Below, one piece after another: positions 62,419-64,000 of a stretch of 64,000 nt of DNA. The translations under genes and the position numbers were made by a program. Position 1 is the stretch's first letter. Each line of letters opens with the position of its first letter. The notes beneath the pieces were generated by a model that had not been told where the DNA came from, did not search any database, and saw nothing but the letters and a program-made list of their open reading frames with translations. The DNA comes from Lama guanicoe (taxonomy: Eukaryota), in the NCBI GenBank assembly GCA_013239625.1, contig MU054466.1, positions 7,961,770 through 8,025,769 of the forward strand. Reading direction: 5' to 3'.

Positions 62419-64000
62419 ATGAAGGAAGAATATCATTGTATAAAGCTTGAAACCCAAGAGGCCTCCAAGTAGGAGGCAATACTTAACCCCAAACTCTGTG
62501 TCTGACATCACTCTCTTCCTCAGAATTTGGCAATCAGATGTTCCAAAGCCATATCATGGTACCCTAAAGATTTTATTTTTTATATAGAGCCTTCCTCCTT
62601 TTATATCTACATAGGGCAATTATTAGAGTGTCCTTACACTCCCTAACTCCAATGCCACCATGATGTTATGTGAATATTATAAATGATCTTCCCCATGGAT
62701 ATTATAAGAATGATCATTTTCATTGTCTTCTAAAATAACTTAAGACGGTCCATTTATATCATTCTACATATGTCAAATTCTTAAGTCTTTTAAGTTACTG
62801 TCAGCTGAGCTCAGAGGCCAGGCACACACCTCCTTGACTTAGAATATACAGGTTCCCAATCACTGCCAGGCCCAAACTGAGTTACACAGTCCTTTGGGTG
62901 ACAGCTCCTTTTTGTCCACAGGATGGACACCCAAACATGTTTGCAAATGGAATTCCTAGAAAAGCCTTGAAGTTCCTAGAGTAAGTATGCAAATTTAACT
63001 CCATAACTATATTAACTAGGCCATGTGGATTGGCACTGAGAAAAATTTTCCATAGCTAAATATTTTACCCCCAAAGCCCTAGTCCACCATCTCACAAATA
63101 TGTAAACAGGTATAAGAAGAAACATGAGAAAGTGTGAAATGTGAACTTAATGAAAAGTCTATCTTTTCCCAAAACCCAAAGGAAAGTTACTTTATTATTT
63201 ATTTATGCCTACATTTCCCCCCCCCCTCAGAATGTATTTGAGACTGCTAAAGGTGAGGATTAAGGTAATGAAAGCCATCTTTTATCATAATTGTTTTCCA
63301 GGCTATAATAAATCACGTGTGTTCGTAATAGGTGTGTTTTCAGTTTACTCCAAAATAACAGCCATCAGACTGGTGATATTTAATTCATTAAAAGAAAGAA
63401 TGTCGAGAATGAATAACAACAAATATGTTACTATGAAATACATGGAAGCAGAGGTAGAAACAAAGAGGTATAATATGACCAAGGCATGTTAAAAAAACAT
63501 TTAAGCCCCCTCGGCAGCATTTTTAACCGTCCTCCTTTCATATACACATACTCACGGCTTCAGCCCCACACAAGTCTTCACTTCTCTCTCACCAGCACCG
63601 TATCGACACTTACAGGGATGTGGGTAGCTCTTACCTAAGACATGTCAAACTGCGGCTGTGTTCGTCCGACAAAAGTGAAGTGAATTTTAACCAAGAAAAC
63701 CTTAAAATATTTATTGGCAAATATTCTTAAAGCTTCAACAAAGGATCTTCAGGTATAAATGACTTTTTATTAGGAGGGACACTTCTAGACACTCAAAATG
63801 ATTGCATTCTTTATTCCACATTCCTGGGATCTGAACAAAAATGGTGCGGGTGGAGTGGGGAAGAGGGATATTTAAGCCTGCCTTTGTCTTTAAGCATTGA
63901 GGGCATGGTCCACTTACTGAATTATCATCGCTGTACGTTCCTTTATAACCAACTTGACACCCCCGGGGAGAACTAGTAAGCCTGAAGATAGGGAAATGGA

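Overview
AT-rich mammalian genomic DNA from a gapped draft assembly (4 N-runs). It is most likely camelid (Camelus/Vicugna), judged from a Vic-1-type tRNA-derived SINE at 42.76 kb and two young L1 3' ends of one family. I recognise no known protein-coding gene, RNA gene or CRISPR array. The ORF track is explained by chance ORFs, N-gaps and decayed transposons. The right half (33.5-62.4 kb) is dense in ancient repeats: L1M, L2, MIR, MLT1/MLT2, a MER21-type ERVL provirus remnant, MER2, MER33 and MER58. The 14.7-32 kb stretch is repeat-poor and carries several transcription-factor motif clusters. The most notable unexplained signals are: (i) a ~60-bp diverged direct repeat with a 22-bp exact core, 903 bp apart in unique sequence (47.3/48.2 kb); (ii) minus-strand candidate exons, including a 15-nt microexon, that can be chained into a 54-65 aa smORF or a spliced lncRNA, with a stem-loop in the branch-point zone of its first exon; (iii) a compact CCAAT-CRE-octamer-CCAAT module at 442-477. 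All three are unverified hypotheses. Repeat family names come from recalled consensus sequences, and their boundaries are approximate.
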